DNA of 64,000 nucleotides from Phoronis australis (lineage: Eukaryota; Animalia; Phoronida), in assembly GCA_002633005.1 (NCBI GenBank), contig NMRA01000126.1:415914-479913 (forward strand). Reading direction: 5' to 3'. Every line of letters starts with the position of its first letter. Position 1 is the first letter of the stretch. Below, piece by piece: positions 37,800-50,606 of the stretch. A model generated the notes under the pieces. That model saw only the letters and a program-made list of their open reading frames with translations. It did no database searches and had not been told where the DNA came from. The translations under genes were made by a program, and so were the position numbers.

Positions 37800-39572
37800 C
37801 CGTATTCACCCTAATAAGTGTCCATGCTCCTATAAGCACTCCCACGCGTTTTCAGACTTTGCTGAAATAAGCGCCCAGCCCATGAACATGCACATGCGAA
37901 AAATGCCTTACCAACAGTTCTATAATTCTACAGCAGCGTCTTCAATTTATCAATAAGATCCGGTAGTTGTGAAAAAATCATAATGTACGGAATTTCTAGA
38001 CCACCAGCCTTGCCGCTGTTTTTTTATTTAGCCATGATTATGCACTTCAAACTTCCGTCGTTCTTCAAAAAGAATGCAAAAATTTTGCTGATCTTAAAAG
38101 GAATGTGTCCCACTATGGTCTAGCCTTTCAGAACAGACACAGTATACTTGTCTATCTTTCTTGTACAGATTCCACATCTTCTCTCTCAACAGGAACTCGA
38201 ATTTCTGTGTAGGCCTACATGCGAAAACCACAAATCAAAGACAAATTAAAACTTGACCAGTGTTAAAAGCACGTGGCCAGGAAGCGCGCGCTACATGCGG
38301 CTCACTTACACACACCCAGACGAACTTCAAAACATTTAACATCACATGACAAGAACATGACGTGTTCGTCCAGATTTTTTCGTGTTGCGGGATACAATCT
38401 AGCGCAGATTTGGACTAACCTGCGGTTACACCCAACTCCACAGGAACTTTAAAATCTTTGGGATGCTATCTGGAAAACTTAAGGAGGATTTCGAGTAATT
38501 TGTTAAGTGGAAACTGTTTTTTATTCAAGAATTCAAGTTGCCCTTTAGACGATCGCGAGGCAGTGACACATCAGTCATCTAGTCCCCCTGGAATTTCAGC
38601 ACAGTTTTTTGAAAAATGATTGTAATTTAATGACAACAAAGTTTGATAGTGTCAGAAATTGACTATGGGTTTGTTTAAAAAGTAGCTATGCTTTGAGATT
38701 GTGTGTAGATGGAGAGAGAGTGATTAAATTCAGTAATCAATTTATTATATGAATACCTCTAATTGAAGTAGTGAAATCTGTTGTTAATTAACTACAAAGA
38801 AGAGTTACTACGACACAACACTTGCAGACAGTATCTTCTACCCACGAAACCTCTCAATGGTCACAGTCTCTTGACGCAACACATATGGGCAGTATCTTAC
38901 TACCCACGATGCAAGTGACAAGCTTTTAGTTAACTTCCTGTTCGTTAACCCTTGCCCTTGCCAAAATCCTATTTAGAATGTTCCACAAGTTGGCTCTGTT
39001 GTACAATGTCCTCTGTACACTGTAGCAAGTTTTCTAGCTTCATCTACTATTAAATAGCTCATTTGAATATTTTGTTAATTTCAGACCATGTTATAATAAT
39101 CTACTTAATATATAGTTACCGGCTAATAAAAACCACATGATCGTATCCAATCATATCATTGGCTGTTACGATTTGCCCTCCGAAATTTCTAGAATCTCTA
39201 GAGTGCTTTGACCCCAGAACCAAAGTAGTAAATACCATCTAAAAACAGATTTTGACGTTAAAATACATGTCAACAAGTTTGACCCCATGATTTAAAAGTA
39301 CACATGCACAAATTTTGGGCAACTTAAAGTGGATCTATCTGTGCTAATTACTGAATCGATATTTATTCCGACAGATAGCAACGTACCACTGTAGAAGGTC
39401 TGTCATTGGTTACATATAAGTCACAGACGTAAATTTGAAGAATCCTTGAGCTTCCGATTTCATCGGTTTTGGAGACAGGGTTTCAACCATCTTGGGTTAC
39501 AATAAGCGCCCCGTCCCCTGAACTGAATTTTTCTAAGCGCCCCAACTAGGGCGCTTATTAGGACGAATACGG
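37800..39572 (-). mobile_element. Family A element interrupted by a solo LTR
   Basis: TA|CCGTATTCACCCTAATAAG ... CTTATTAGGACGAATACGG|TA; A sequence GTTTGATAG^CAA is split by the insertion. Confidence 0.88.
38650..39373 (-). mobile_element. Solo LTR (724 bp)
   Basis: GATAG|TGTCAGAAAT ... ATTCCGACA|GATAG: TG..CA termini, short terminal inverted repeat and 5-bp TSD; AATAAA on - at 38741-38746. Confidence 0.85.
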
Positions 39573-39889
39573 TAGCTGATATTTATGTTTGACATTTTTA
39601 AAGATATGTTTTTGCAATAATTTATCGTATCCTTACCGTATGCTTAAATATAACATTATCTACTATCAAAATTATGACTACCATAATGATATTGGTGGTG
39701 ATGAAAATGATTGTATTATTAGAAAAACATCAACTTGGATAATCTTATCAAAACAACAACCAGATTTAAAGTATTGACTAATTATTATGTCATAACTATT
39801 TTGTCATTAACACAATTTATCTCTAAACAACCATTGTTTTCATCTTACCATTCTTAATAAAATTAGAAATTCCTACACAAAGAATTTAA

Positions 39890-40639
39890 AGTCACAGTCT
39901 ACTTTGGTTACCAAAGATTTGAATTTTATAATAACTTTTAAATTATAAATAGTGGACCCATAAAACTATAGATTTTTAAAATGATTCAGTATCACAGAAT
40001 CTTATTGTGTGCATGAAAACAATGTTCCGACATTTGTGATCTTGTGACTACGTTTTTTCTAAAAATCGCATTTTTCTCGGAGATGGCACTTCCCACTGGA
40101 AACGATCGCAAGTTGGTCACATAGATATTGATACATAGGCGTATCCATTGTTCATTTTGTTTTTCTTTCTTATAATAAAGATAATGGCAAGCTTTTATGG
40201 TAAACGGGCTGATGTGTGGCCAAGGTGCAAGTTTTGAGCAAATAAACAAATTTGTGGAAAATACGGCAATTTCCTTGAAAAATTGTTTCCCAGGGATTTT
40301 TTAAAATATGTAGTTTTATGGATTTACTATTATTAAGGTAACTGTTAACTTTGTTTACTTATATTTAGGTTGTACTTACCAGTATATGTAAATATTTTAA
40401 ATTCTATTGTCTGCAACCTCTAAAAACGCATATCTCGTAAAAGAATCAAGTAAATATAAGAATAATAAATTTCGTTAGAAAATTTATTCACCTTTCAGAA
40501 AATATATGCTTTATTAGGGTTACATCTAATAGAATTTAAGATATTTGCACATAGGTGCAACCTGGTAAACAAGTTTCATAGTTTCCTTATAGTTGAAAAA
40601 TTAATAAAAAATCTTTGGTAACAAAGGTTGACAGTGGCG
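39890..40639. mobile_element. TIR MITE, TTAA-type (Kolobok-like), in intron 1 of the nested gene
   Basis: TTAA|AGTCACAGTCTACTTTGGTTACCAAAGATTT ... AAATCTTTGGTAACAAAGGTTGACAGTGGCG|TCAA; imperfect ~31-bp TIR. Confidence 0.7.
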
Positions 40640-40698
40640 TCAAATTGTGCTATCAATGCTGTGTTTCTGCAATTTGAAAAATCAAAATTGAAACTTAC

Positions 40699-40756
40699 AT
40701 GACCCCTCTACCGTTAGAACTCCCATCACAAGAACAACTGCTCTCATCAAAAACAT
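40699..40756 (-). CDS. Nested gene exon 1 (signal peptide)
   Basis: AAAG ATG: MFLMRAVVLVMGVLTVEGS(S)|gtaagt; hydrophobic core and VEG-S cleavage-like site; phase 1 matches exon 2. Confidence 0.75.
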
Positions 40757-43111
40757 CTTTACTACTCTGAATGATACTCACATAATAAATTAGTACACAA
40801 GCACTCTGATATGATGACTAGTGATAGTCAGGAAGCCAACTATAATTGATTCCATTTCGTTGTGTGTTTACGTATGAAAAGTCAACACACTTGCTGCTCA
40901 TTTGTAGGTCTGGGCAATATCCTGTGCTAAAAGAAGATTAGATTGATGCCAGCAAAAATTTCGATTCTGTACCACAGGAAGAAATTTTCTGTGACACTTT
41001 TGATACGTTTAATGTAGCATGCCATAACTGGCACATAGGTTATTGTAATGATGCAGATACAAGTGCTTTAAGTCTGTGTATTATGTTCAATGTGCAATGC
41101 CCCACATCAACCATACCAAAAATATTAAATATCGTCTATTCCGGAATTCAGAACAGTCCTGCATAGAAACTGATGAGATTTATCAACATCATCAATAATA
41201 TCTTGCAAAATTTCACTTTTTCATCCCTGCCTAGGCTAATTACTAATTTGACCGTTGTAGTGGGTTGTGTATTATATGTATTTTGACTGGGAGTCTTGGT
41301 TTTGATTTTACATAACCCTTTCGTTGTTTTACTGGACAAAACCAGCCTAGACCCCATGCTCCGATACTGTCCGATACCGGCCATATCATCCTCTCTATTT
41401 TTAGATCAAGTAAGTGCCCGGATATCTCCTCTTTAATTTCATATATTTATTTTGGTCCCTGCCTACTACAAATCTGCAAAGCCATTGAGAAACTCGGCCC
41501 ATTTTATGGTGCCTGTTTCTTTATCAACAGTATGTCCAACTGTTGTCAACAGGTCCGTTTAGTAAGGGTACCTGAGCTGTGAGTGAATTAGCGCTTACCA
41601 CATGCTTACCACACAATAGCAATGACTTTGCAGCAAAGAAATACTGGCTAATATAAATTGTTATACCATGGTGATTTTCCAAATTGTTTGAATTTCTCAT
41701 AAGGCCTTTTCATACTGACTTCAGTCTGAGCTGAGCATCGACATAAACTGCAAAGTTTACTTATCCGTTCATACTGGCTTCGGTTGTAAACGGACATCGA
41801 AGTAAGTGGTAGGTGGCGCTGTTGCCATCGAAGAATACGCAAGGTAGCGCTGCACACTTATAAGTTTTTTTAATGTGACAATTTGAGAACATTTGCATGT
41901 GCTACCACAGTTGACATAAAACTTGTTTTTAATTTGGTTGATGATTGTTCGAGCAAAATATAATAACTATTAGCAACTACGTCGACGTTAGTATGAAAGG
42001 CCCTGTAAAAAATTACGTTAGGGTCATTTTTATGTAAACAAATACAATAAAAATTAGCCACAATAGGCGAGGCTTTGTTCTGTGTTACCTATTAATGAAT
42101 GGTTTTAGTAACCCTTTCAACCGTGGTTGCTTGTGATTCGTGAAGAAGAGCAAACAAGCTGGACTAGGTTGATATCTGAACTGGCCTCGATTTAGAAGCC
42201 GCTGTCCTTTGGAGTTGAAACCAAACAGGTTTTTTTAATGTGAAGGGTGTCGCCACTCAACAATCTAAGTAAAACGTATATTTAGGATTTTGAGTAACAT
42301 GAATTTGAGTGTTTTGGCCTTTACTTTAAAGTTACAGTTATTTTCTATTTTGATTCTCCTCGTACTTGCAATAACTTGAGAGAAAAATAGCGAACAATTG
42401 AATTAGTTTTTTAACTGTTCTATCTCGAACAAAGTCATGTATGAATAGGAATTAGACCTTCGTTAAAGCACATAAATTTCAAGATATGGCTTTTCAGCAT
42501 TTCACCAGATGGTGATTTTCATTTGTGTTGTTGGGATTGGGAAATAGCATGTTTACTTGATATGAATAAAGTAAGGAGAGCTTCTTCTTTAATCAACTCA
42601 AATTCCTTGTTTATTAGGAATGTCAGTCACATGATTATAGTCCGAAGTTTTGTTATCCAGGGAACTCTTGTTTAGTATGATGGAATTTGATGCTGTGTTA
42701 TTTGTAATATTATAGCAAAATGAACATTTTTAAAACCAAATAATCTGTTTTTTGATTCAAATATTTTGTTATGTTGCCGTCATCTCTGTCTGGGTATTCG
42801 ATCTAGTTATGTCCCTGGTAGAGCTCCATGCTGTCAGTTAATTGGCAAATTTTGCTTTTATTCATGTTGAACCCCTGAAATTATGCAAATGTCTTGCTTG
42901 AATATTTTTAGAACTTTTTGTTACCTAATCATTTTAAAATGTTTTATTTTTTTAGAAAACTAAATCCGGATGTGTTATCCATTTAGTGGCACAGTTTCTC
43001 ATTACAAGTTGTTTTATTCTCACACTGTTTTCAGCTTATGTAAAGTATCTGGGTAAATAGTCAAATAAAAGAGTCTGGAAATACCAGTCTGCATTTGTGC
43101 TATTTTTACAG

Positions 43112-43180
43112 GACTGTTGTCATGGGACTTGGAGCAGACAGGATGCACCGAATACTGTGTGCTGCGCGAGTTTGATATAG
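43112..43180 (+). CDS. CRYZL1: CRYZL1 exon 4
   Basis: tttttacag|(G)LLSWDLEQTGCTEYCVLREFDI(V)|gtcagt; matches GILPLDSEDPGLCE; phase 1/1. Confidence 0.88.
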   Translation, partial: DCCHGTWSRQDAPNTVCCASLI

Positions 43181-43969
43181 GTCAGTATCACTTTCAGTCT
43201 TATCACCAGCAGTTAATTAAAAGCTATTCATTTTGTAGAAAGTGAAATGGATCTTTGTTAGTATTTACATATTATAATGGTCCGATCCATTGAAATGAAA
43301 TACTTTTTTGTCAAAGTGTTGCTATCAGGAATGCTTGCGTTCGTTAAAAATACAAATGCATCATAATTGATTCTTTTGATGTTATGTTGAATTTACACTT
43401 ACGGTGGTCTTTCTGTTGAAATTAGTTGAAAGGAGATTCAGTTCTGCTGCTATGGAAAACCACAGATGATTGAGTATTAACTTTGGTTGGAGTTGTGTGC
43501 AGTTTGCACTCTTGAATGGATTATTTCGCATTAATATTTATAAAATATATTGACACAAGACGTCTGGACAATATCATTAATATTGAAAGATTTTAATGTC
43601 TCTCCATCTACATAATGTTTGGAATCTAAAATTAATGCTCTTGTCTGAAACGAAATTTGAGTTTTCTAAAGTGCTGGATATTTTGAGAATTTTTGATTTG
43701 TGTTCATGTACTAAAGTGACTGTGCAGTTGCATTTTGTCAGTGTTTCGCGGTTAGCGTTGAATTCTTAGCTGAAGCGCTAAAGGGTATAAAAGCAATGCA
43801 GTGAAATATCACCAATTTCTGACGAAAGTAATTGCCACAGTTCCTACAACGGATTTTTGCACTTTTTGAGGTGCTGGACTGTGTATAATAACTCAAAATC
43901 TAACCAAACAAACACTTTTTGGAGATAATTGCGGAATTTTAAACTTTTTGTGGTTTCCCGCCACGTGAT

Positions 43970-45027
43970 GTCATAAATAGAAGACGTTGATCAGTTGACA
44001 GTACATATACAATGGCAGATAGTAGTGATTTTGTAAGTTACGCAGACTTAGAAAGCGAGCTTGATGAGTATTATGGGGACAGGGGTTGAAATGGGGGTGA
44101 AAGCGGCACTCTGGCCATAGGTGAAAATGGTAATGAGTTAGACTTTGGGTGTTTGAGGCCCTACGAACTCGACCCTCCTGCACTGGCGTCTTTGGCGACT
44201 GAAGCCGAGTTGTAGCCTACTTGGTCTGCGGACATTCCTTTTACTGAATCACGATTTAATTTTCTAACCTTTTCAGCGTCGAGCAATATGTATCTCAACT
44301 GTAAATCTGAAGTTTTTACCGGGACTGTCAAATCGCAGTCATGAATAGTGGACACTGATTTCATTTCTTCAAATGCTGAGTGTGTTTGGCAGGAACAATC
44401 ATATCTAATTGTAGTGATGCTAACTGGATTTTGTTTCTGGAAAATAATACTCGTTTCTGTCTTGTCTGTTCCAAAATCATTCATGAAAGCTTTGTACCGT
44501 TCTGATTCGTCGATTATTTCGAACCAGTATCCGACTGATTCTGGGCTGGCTGTGGTCATGATATCAAATTATTTTCATGGCATCTACATCACATTTTCGA
44601 TTATTGGGTATTCACATATAAAAATTATGTGGATAGCATGCATTCCTACAAAATCTTTGACAAGAATAGACTGATGGAGTGCAATCACATTCATTATCAC
44701 AGTCACCATTTTAATCCTTAGGCTCATACACAATATGTGCCAGACTACGTTCCCAGCAATGGTACTACACAATACATTTTCTCTGCATCAAATGCATTTA
44801 CACATTGAAGAAACCTTCATCAAATCTCCGTTTCTGCAATGGATCGAAGCACGATTCTTCAAAATGGGTTGAGCACAGCATTGGCCCTGAATAGATCGTT
44901 TGCTCTAGCGTGTCTGACGCACAAACCTGTGCCATTTCTGGGCAATCTTAGGATCTTTTGGAAAGGCAAAAACTGAAACATCTGCCCGATTGCTACTACT
45001 GCATCCTCCCCTCACGCAACTTTTCAT
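43970..45027 (-). mobile_element. THAP-domain DNA transposon remnant (pseudogenised)
   Basis: From ATG at 45027: MKSCVRGGCSSSNRADVSVFAFPKDPKIAQKWHRFVRQTR*, frameshift, LCSTHFEESCFDP (THAP C2CH signature). Downstream ORF fragment 44161-44559; TGACGTCA motif upstream. Confidence 0.75.
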
Positions 45028-45339
45028 AATATTCAGTCGCACTCAGACCACTACGTGTCGCCGCTGATGTAAAACAACACAAACACGGAGACCGGATCTA
45101 CTGATGACGTCAGAAAATGTTGGTTTTTTAATTTTTGCATTTATTTCTTGATTAAAATGAGAACACAAAATTGTCGGTAACTGAATTCAAGCACTTAAGA
45201 CCATGGTTGGAAGGGTTTATGGTCTCCTACCATTGCTGTGAATGCCCACAAATTTCCAAAATATTTTCTACAAAGTGGTAAAGCATTAATGTGATGCTAC
45301 ATATCTTTTATGAAAAAGGAGAAAATAAAATTTCCCTTG

Positions 45340-46130
45340 TCTGTCATGTTGTGTCCCAAACTGGCAAGATTTTATGGTTCCGGGTTCATCTAAATCTTGA
45401 ATTGTTGGTGAATGAGCGGGCAACTCATAGGTAATGTGTACAGGCACCATTTTTGAATCTGCAATGGGTTTGCCAACCCTATTAAATTCTGAAGTGTTCT
45501 CCCAAATCGCCAATGGATTCGTTTTTGCACCCGTTTTTGGCGTTCGCCTCTTCATCTACCAATGCACTTGTCAGATATGTTTCCATTAACATCATCACAG
45601 CTGATATAGATTTTCGTATGGATTCAATTACTGTGGCACTCCGTAGTGGCAATTTTGTTTGCATGTGTCTCAATAATATCTACCAAATTCCTTGATCGAT
45701 CTCCGCAATAGAGGAGAGTTAGGACGAGTATGATTACTATGGCATCCCCTAGTGACAATTTGGATTTTCTTTGTATATGGCCCTATATCTAACAAGTTTT
45801 TTCGCAAATAAGTTTCTATCAAGGAGACGATAACATTTACCTTTTCCTGACAGATTTGTCTTAGTGTAAGCTGCACCCCATAGGGGCTTTATACTGTCTG
45901 TGGTGCAGACATGGACGCTTTCCACCAAGGCTTTGTATAGCTCTTGTTTTGAAAGTTGGCTAAGAGGCTTGTTGTAAGACGCCAATGACAATTTCCCAAG
46001 TTTTGCCGAATGCAATATATTTTGCTGCTCCTTGTGGCTATTTGTATTATTTTTAAGTCCGCTTCTCTATCTGTCTAACTACACCGCTTTGTGGCAAATA
46101 TTAGCTTGTGGCGTCCTGCTGTCTCTTTCA
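45340..46130 (-). mobile_element. Possible decayed Tx1/L1 3' fragment (zf-RVT-like region)
   Basis: Broken frames KPLSQLSKQELYKALV, YRLLDRNL and CKQNCH..YENLYQL..C.WKHI; similarity judged by eye only. Confidence 0.4.
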
Positions 46131-46454
46131 CACCACTTGAGTGATCTTTATCAAATTGAGCAGTTATCCTTCTATTACAGATATGACAGCACCCCTAATT
46201 TTCATAGAAATGCCACTACTGCTATATGGTATCCCTGGTATATGGCATGCGCACAGTGGGCACCACTGTAATTGTTCTTGTTTATATTAATTTGTAGCTG
46301 TTTGCATGCAAAGCTGTCTTTACAATGTGTTTTAATAACAACAAATTGGCTGCATGCAAACACAAGGTAATTCAGGTAATGTATTTCTGTTTGTACTAGC
46401 TTAGTACAGGTTGTCTATCCATCCAATGACCTGCTCTATTGCCATGCTTTACAG

Positions 46455-46636
46455 TGAAAATCCCCGACAACCTTGATGCTCTAGACGTTGCCGGTGGTCT
46501 CATCCAATCAGTGAAGGCATTCAGTGCACTACACTACCAGGCCCGCCTGTGCAGCGGTGATACTGTGCTCATTATGGATGGTGCTATGCAGTATGGTGTT
46601 GTCATGGTGCAGCTGGCTCTGCACTGGGGGGCAAAG
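46455..46636 (+). CDS. CRYZL1: CRYZL1 exon 5
   Basis: tttacag|(V)KIPDNLDALDVAGGLIQSVKAFSALHYQARLCSGDTVLIMDGAMQYGVVMVQLALHWGAK|gtcagc; ALHY and VLIMDGA are characteristic of CRYZL1. Confidence 0.96.
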
Positions 46637-47671
46637 GTCAGCATAGACACCATTGTCTGTTACACCTCTGTATTGCTTCTGTTTATCGAGCTCCTTCACA
46701 GACACAGACTTGTGCGCATTTTTTATTATTTTGTACTCTGTTTTAGATGTCTGCCTCTCTATCAGCCAAATCGCTCATCAGGTGTCTTCCTATTAAGGAG
46801 AGCACGCTAGCTGATGTAGGTTTTTGGATGGTCCCTCTGTAGAAGTGCCTCCCAGTGGCATATTTTGTCTCTGCCACGTTCGTTTTTGTATCTTCATGAA
46901 ATTTAGTAATATATGAGTTTCTATTGAGGACATTGATTTTCGGACAAGTACGATAGTAGCGCCTGTAGCTGCAGTTTTGTAATTTGCTTCTGCATCTGTC
47001 TAATAAGTTCCTTGATGGACCACTTAAAGAATCATAAAAGTTGACTAATTAAGAGTGCACAGCCTACAAGTTATTGATGGATCTTGAATTTTGTGTTCAT
47101 TTTGAGGATAGTATGTATGGTGGCAATTTCTGGTCAGATCTGATTGCTGTGGTGCATCCTAGTGACAAATTAATAGTTTTCTGCAAATCTTCATGAAATT
47201 TTGCTTACATGTGCTCCTGATGAAGAGAGCCTGCATAGCTGATGATCATCTCATTGGAAATATTTGAAAAAATGACCACACATCTTACTTCTTTTGCCAT
47301 GTGCAGTGGACACTGTGGGTGCATACTAATTACGCTCTATGTTGCATTTGTCTGTCATTGGATGACTAGTAATGCGTTCTAAGCAGAATTTTATATTTGT
47401 ATTGTAAATGAAATGTGCTCGTTAAGCACTCACATTTACATAATTAAATATTTACTTGCCTTAAAATTTTCATGTTCCTCCCTTATTATTTAATCTTCTT
47501 TAAAATGACACTAAATCTGGTTTTAGCCTATTAACAGAATGACTTTCACATCCAATTCTTTGAAACAAACTAATGCTCTGTAACCCTCTACTACCCTCAA
47601 AACTTTCAAGGAGGATTTGAAAACTCCTTTCAAAGTTTGCTAAATGGGCAAGTGTAACATATGCTTTTAGC

Positions 47672-47821
47672 GAATTACACGGCAACTGTGGGGAAAGACC
47701 ACCCAGCAAGAACTATATATCCAATCTATGACATAGGGAATATGAATTACACGGCAACTGTGGGGTAAGACCACCCAGCAAGAACTATAATATCCAATCT
47801 ATGACATAGGGAATATGAATT
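47672..47821. repeat. ~72-bp tandem duplication
   Basis: GAATTACACGGCAACTGTGGGG...CATAGGGAATAT starting at 47672 and 47744. Confidence 0.9.
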
Positions 47822-48004
47822 CTCAGTTTATTCCTGCTTTTATCTTTGAAGATTGCCGCCAACGATGTGTTCGCAGGTGCCACAGTGAGGATTAGTTGAA
47901 ATCATCAAAACAGGGTTCAGTATCCTTTTAAAAATACGAGGGATTGTTTCAGAAATTAGTGCTTCTCTTATTGTGGTGTTTTCATGCTTGATTTCATTTT
48001 CCAG

Positions 48005-48068
48005 GTGCTCACAACAGTGAAAAATGAAGATGAGAAGGCTTTTCTGGAGAAAAATCACCCTTCTATTG
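48005..48068 (+). CDS. CRYZL1: CRYZL1 exon 6
   Basis: ttttccag|VLTTVKNEDEKAFLEKNHPSI(A)|gtaaat. Confidence 0.92.
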
Positions 48069-49116
48069 GTAAATAACATAATTATATTATGTCCAACAGT
48101 CCCAATTTTTAAGATTTCATCTAGGACTTACACTCCAGACTTCAACTCACATTTTTTCACATTACAAATACGTCTCGTTTGGACGACTCCAGTTTCCAAA
48201 TCCAGATATCAATCTAATCAATTTCTAAGTGTTTGCATAGTCATGTGTCTGGCATCACAAGTCTCATGCCAGGCTTTAAGGTACACACATCTGTACCCAT
48301 TATAATGTTTATCAAACTGAACTCAGTTCACGTATTCTTATTGGGGTTTTTTTCGGGCAATAATGATCCTAACCTACAAGGATTTCAAGAGAAGCCAAAC
48401 GTGTAAAGAAATCACCAGACAGTTTCACTGTACAGTACTGTAATTTATTTCAGCCTGTGTGTTATTGCTGTTTGGAGGAGTTAGAATGCCTTAGCCAGGA
48501 TCATCAATTAGTAAAACTCGTTGGAAGCTGAGTCAAATGGCAGGGTTATGAAATTGTTTTTTAACCATATCAATGTACGGTAAGAATTTTCCAGTTTGTG
48601 GCTGTCTCCAAAATTTGGGAAAACAAAATTCAAGCCAACATTGTATTTTCCATGATTTTGAGATTTTACAAAGGGGCAATTTTGCATTTATTTTCTTGTT
48701 AAAATTCCAGGCATTGGGTGTTTTTGTATAGCGGGGTCTGAAACAGACTTTTGGATTCACTTACAATAACGCTGATTACTACGGGTTGTTAAAAACTGCC
48801 ACCAGTGCCCTGGCCTGACTGCAGCTGTATTCTACGAATTGGATTAAAGTGAATGGTTGCTATGCATCCCTCACACATTTATAACCAATAATACTACTTC
48901 AAGTCATGAATTTTAGACATGGTTAAATCTAGCTTTTTTCTCGGAATTCTTGGATTTAGATGCCCAGTATTGAGAATTTCTGAAATTTGGTAAAAAACCT
49001 CAACCTTGCACAAAATAATTTTTTCACTGTCCCAAACTAGAGTATTTTTACCATACCAGTTAGCATTGTAAACTGTGAACCAAACAATATAAAAATTATT
49101 CCTTTGGCCATTTCAG

Positions 49117-49215
49117 CTCAAATAATCCTGTTAGAAGGTAACAGCAGTCTGTTGGTTAGCAGTGTAATGGAAGAAACTGGAGGTCTGGGTGTTGATTGTA
49201 TTGTGGACTTTGGAG
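49117..49215 (+). CDS. CRYZL1: CRYZL1 exon 7
   Basis: tttcag|(A)QIILLEGNSSLLVSSVMEETGGLGVDCIVDFG(V)|gtagat; EETGGLGVD conserved. Confidence 0.96.
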
Positions 49216-50093
49216 GTAGATATATGTTGTATGTTAAACTTCATCTGAGAAATCAGACAGTGTGGCAAGCAATCTTCACTATATAAGAACTTTACTCCAT
49301 TTATTGTCATGCCTTTTGTCTTTAATATCAAGATACTTCAAGTACTTAAAGTTTATGACAGCATAACATTTTGGAGCACTATCTTGTGATATTTTCAATG
49401 ACCCACACATCAAGCTGCGACAACCTTGGTGTCTGCTAACAACCAAACTCAGTGTGAAAGGTTCGACTAACTTTGCAGTTTTTATTGATGCCCCTCTTGT
49501 TCTGGAGTTAAGTTGGTATGAAATGGTCAATAGAGTTGGATATCTTAATCATCTGAATACCATTTAGGTATACAGTGTTTTTTAGTAGGGTAGCACATCT
49601 CAAAGTGTTAGATTCCATCATTGGGAAATGTCAAAGTAAGTAAAGCTTGTCAAACATTGAGAAATCGAAAACTTCACATTTCCTGGAAAGTTGCTATGTC
49701 TCAAATAACTAGAACTTTATCCTTTCCACTGATTATTGATTAAGTTGAATCTTTTATGTGTTCTAGAGTTCATCTCCGTAGTGCAATGACAAAAATTTCA
49801 GTGTTTGCTCTAATTATATTTTTTAATTTTTTGATGAATAAATGAATTGAATATTATTTTGATTGATATTTTTAAGTCAGTTAAAAACTATGGAAAAGTA
49901 CAAAACAGTATGGACAATTATGTAGAATTTTTTAATGAAAATACTTATCTACTATTAATACTTAAAATATATGTATTTATTTATTATTAAAATATATATT
50001 TAATTAATTAAAATATATTTTTATTTATTTAATCATTATTTGATATCAGTAAATGTCTCTATGTCTATTTGATTTTGTGATTTTTTTGAACAG

Positions 50094-50215
50094 TTAAACA
50101 ATTCCCAAATGAGAGGCATGATGATGAAAAAAAGAATTACCTCCCCTTGAAACATGACATCATCACGTGTCTGGCTGTGGGAGGAAGGTGGGTCACATCA
50201 CAGTCAGATCTGCAG
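50094..50215 (+). CDS. CRYZL1: CRYZL1 exon 8
   Basis: gaacag|(V)KQFPNERHDDEKKNYLPLKHDIITCLAVGGRWVTSQSDLQ|gtaaat; KHDIIT.L.VGG.WVT conserved. Confidence 0.96.
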
Positions 50216-50606
50216 GTAAATCACTAGCTCTTCAACCACTGGCACAGTCAGAAGTTGGTATTCAATAGGGGTGCCAACGGCCAAATTGTTGGGGGACTGA
50301 AATGAGTGGCAATTTTGGGACATTTTGCAGTGAACTGGGGGCCAAACTCAAAATTGAAGTGCGCTTTGACCAGGGGAGGTTTTTTCCAATGAACAGAGGG
50401 TCATGTTCTGGTTGTGCCTAGGGTATTTTGTGGTGACACCCCTTTACCATATATGTTAAGTCTCTCCAATTGCAGACAAAATAATTGCCAGACTTGTCGT
50501 TTCCTCATTTTTTAAGGTCTTCTCACATAGAAGCGTACCATTTACTGTGCAGTTGTAAACACTGCTTCACATTACTCTTTTGTTTTAAATGAGTGCTGTG
50601 TTTCAG

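Noticed and set aside
41344-42170. Possible Harbinger-like MITE (AGCCTAGACC ... GGACTAGGTT) upstream of the nested gene
   Set aside because: Only an 8/10 terminal match and no TSD; too weak to call.
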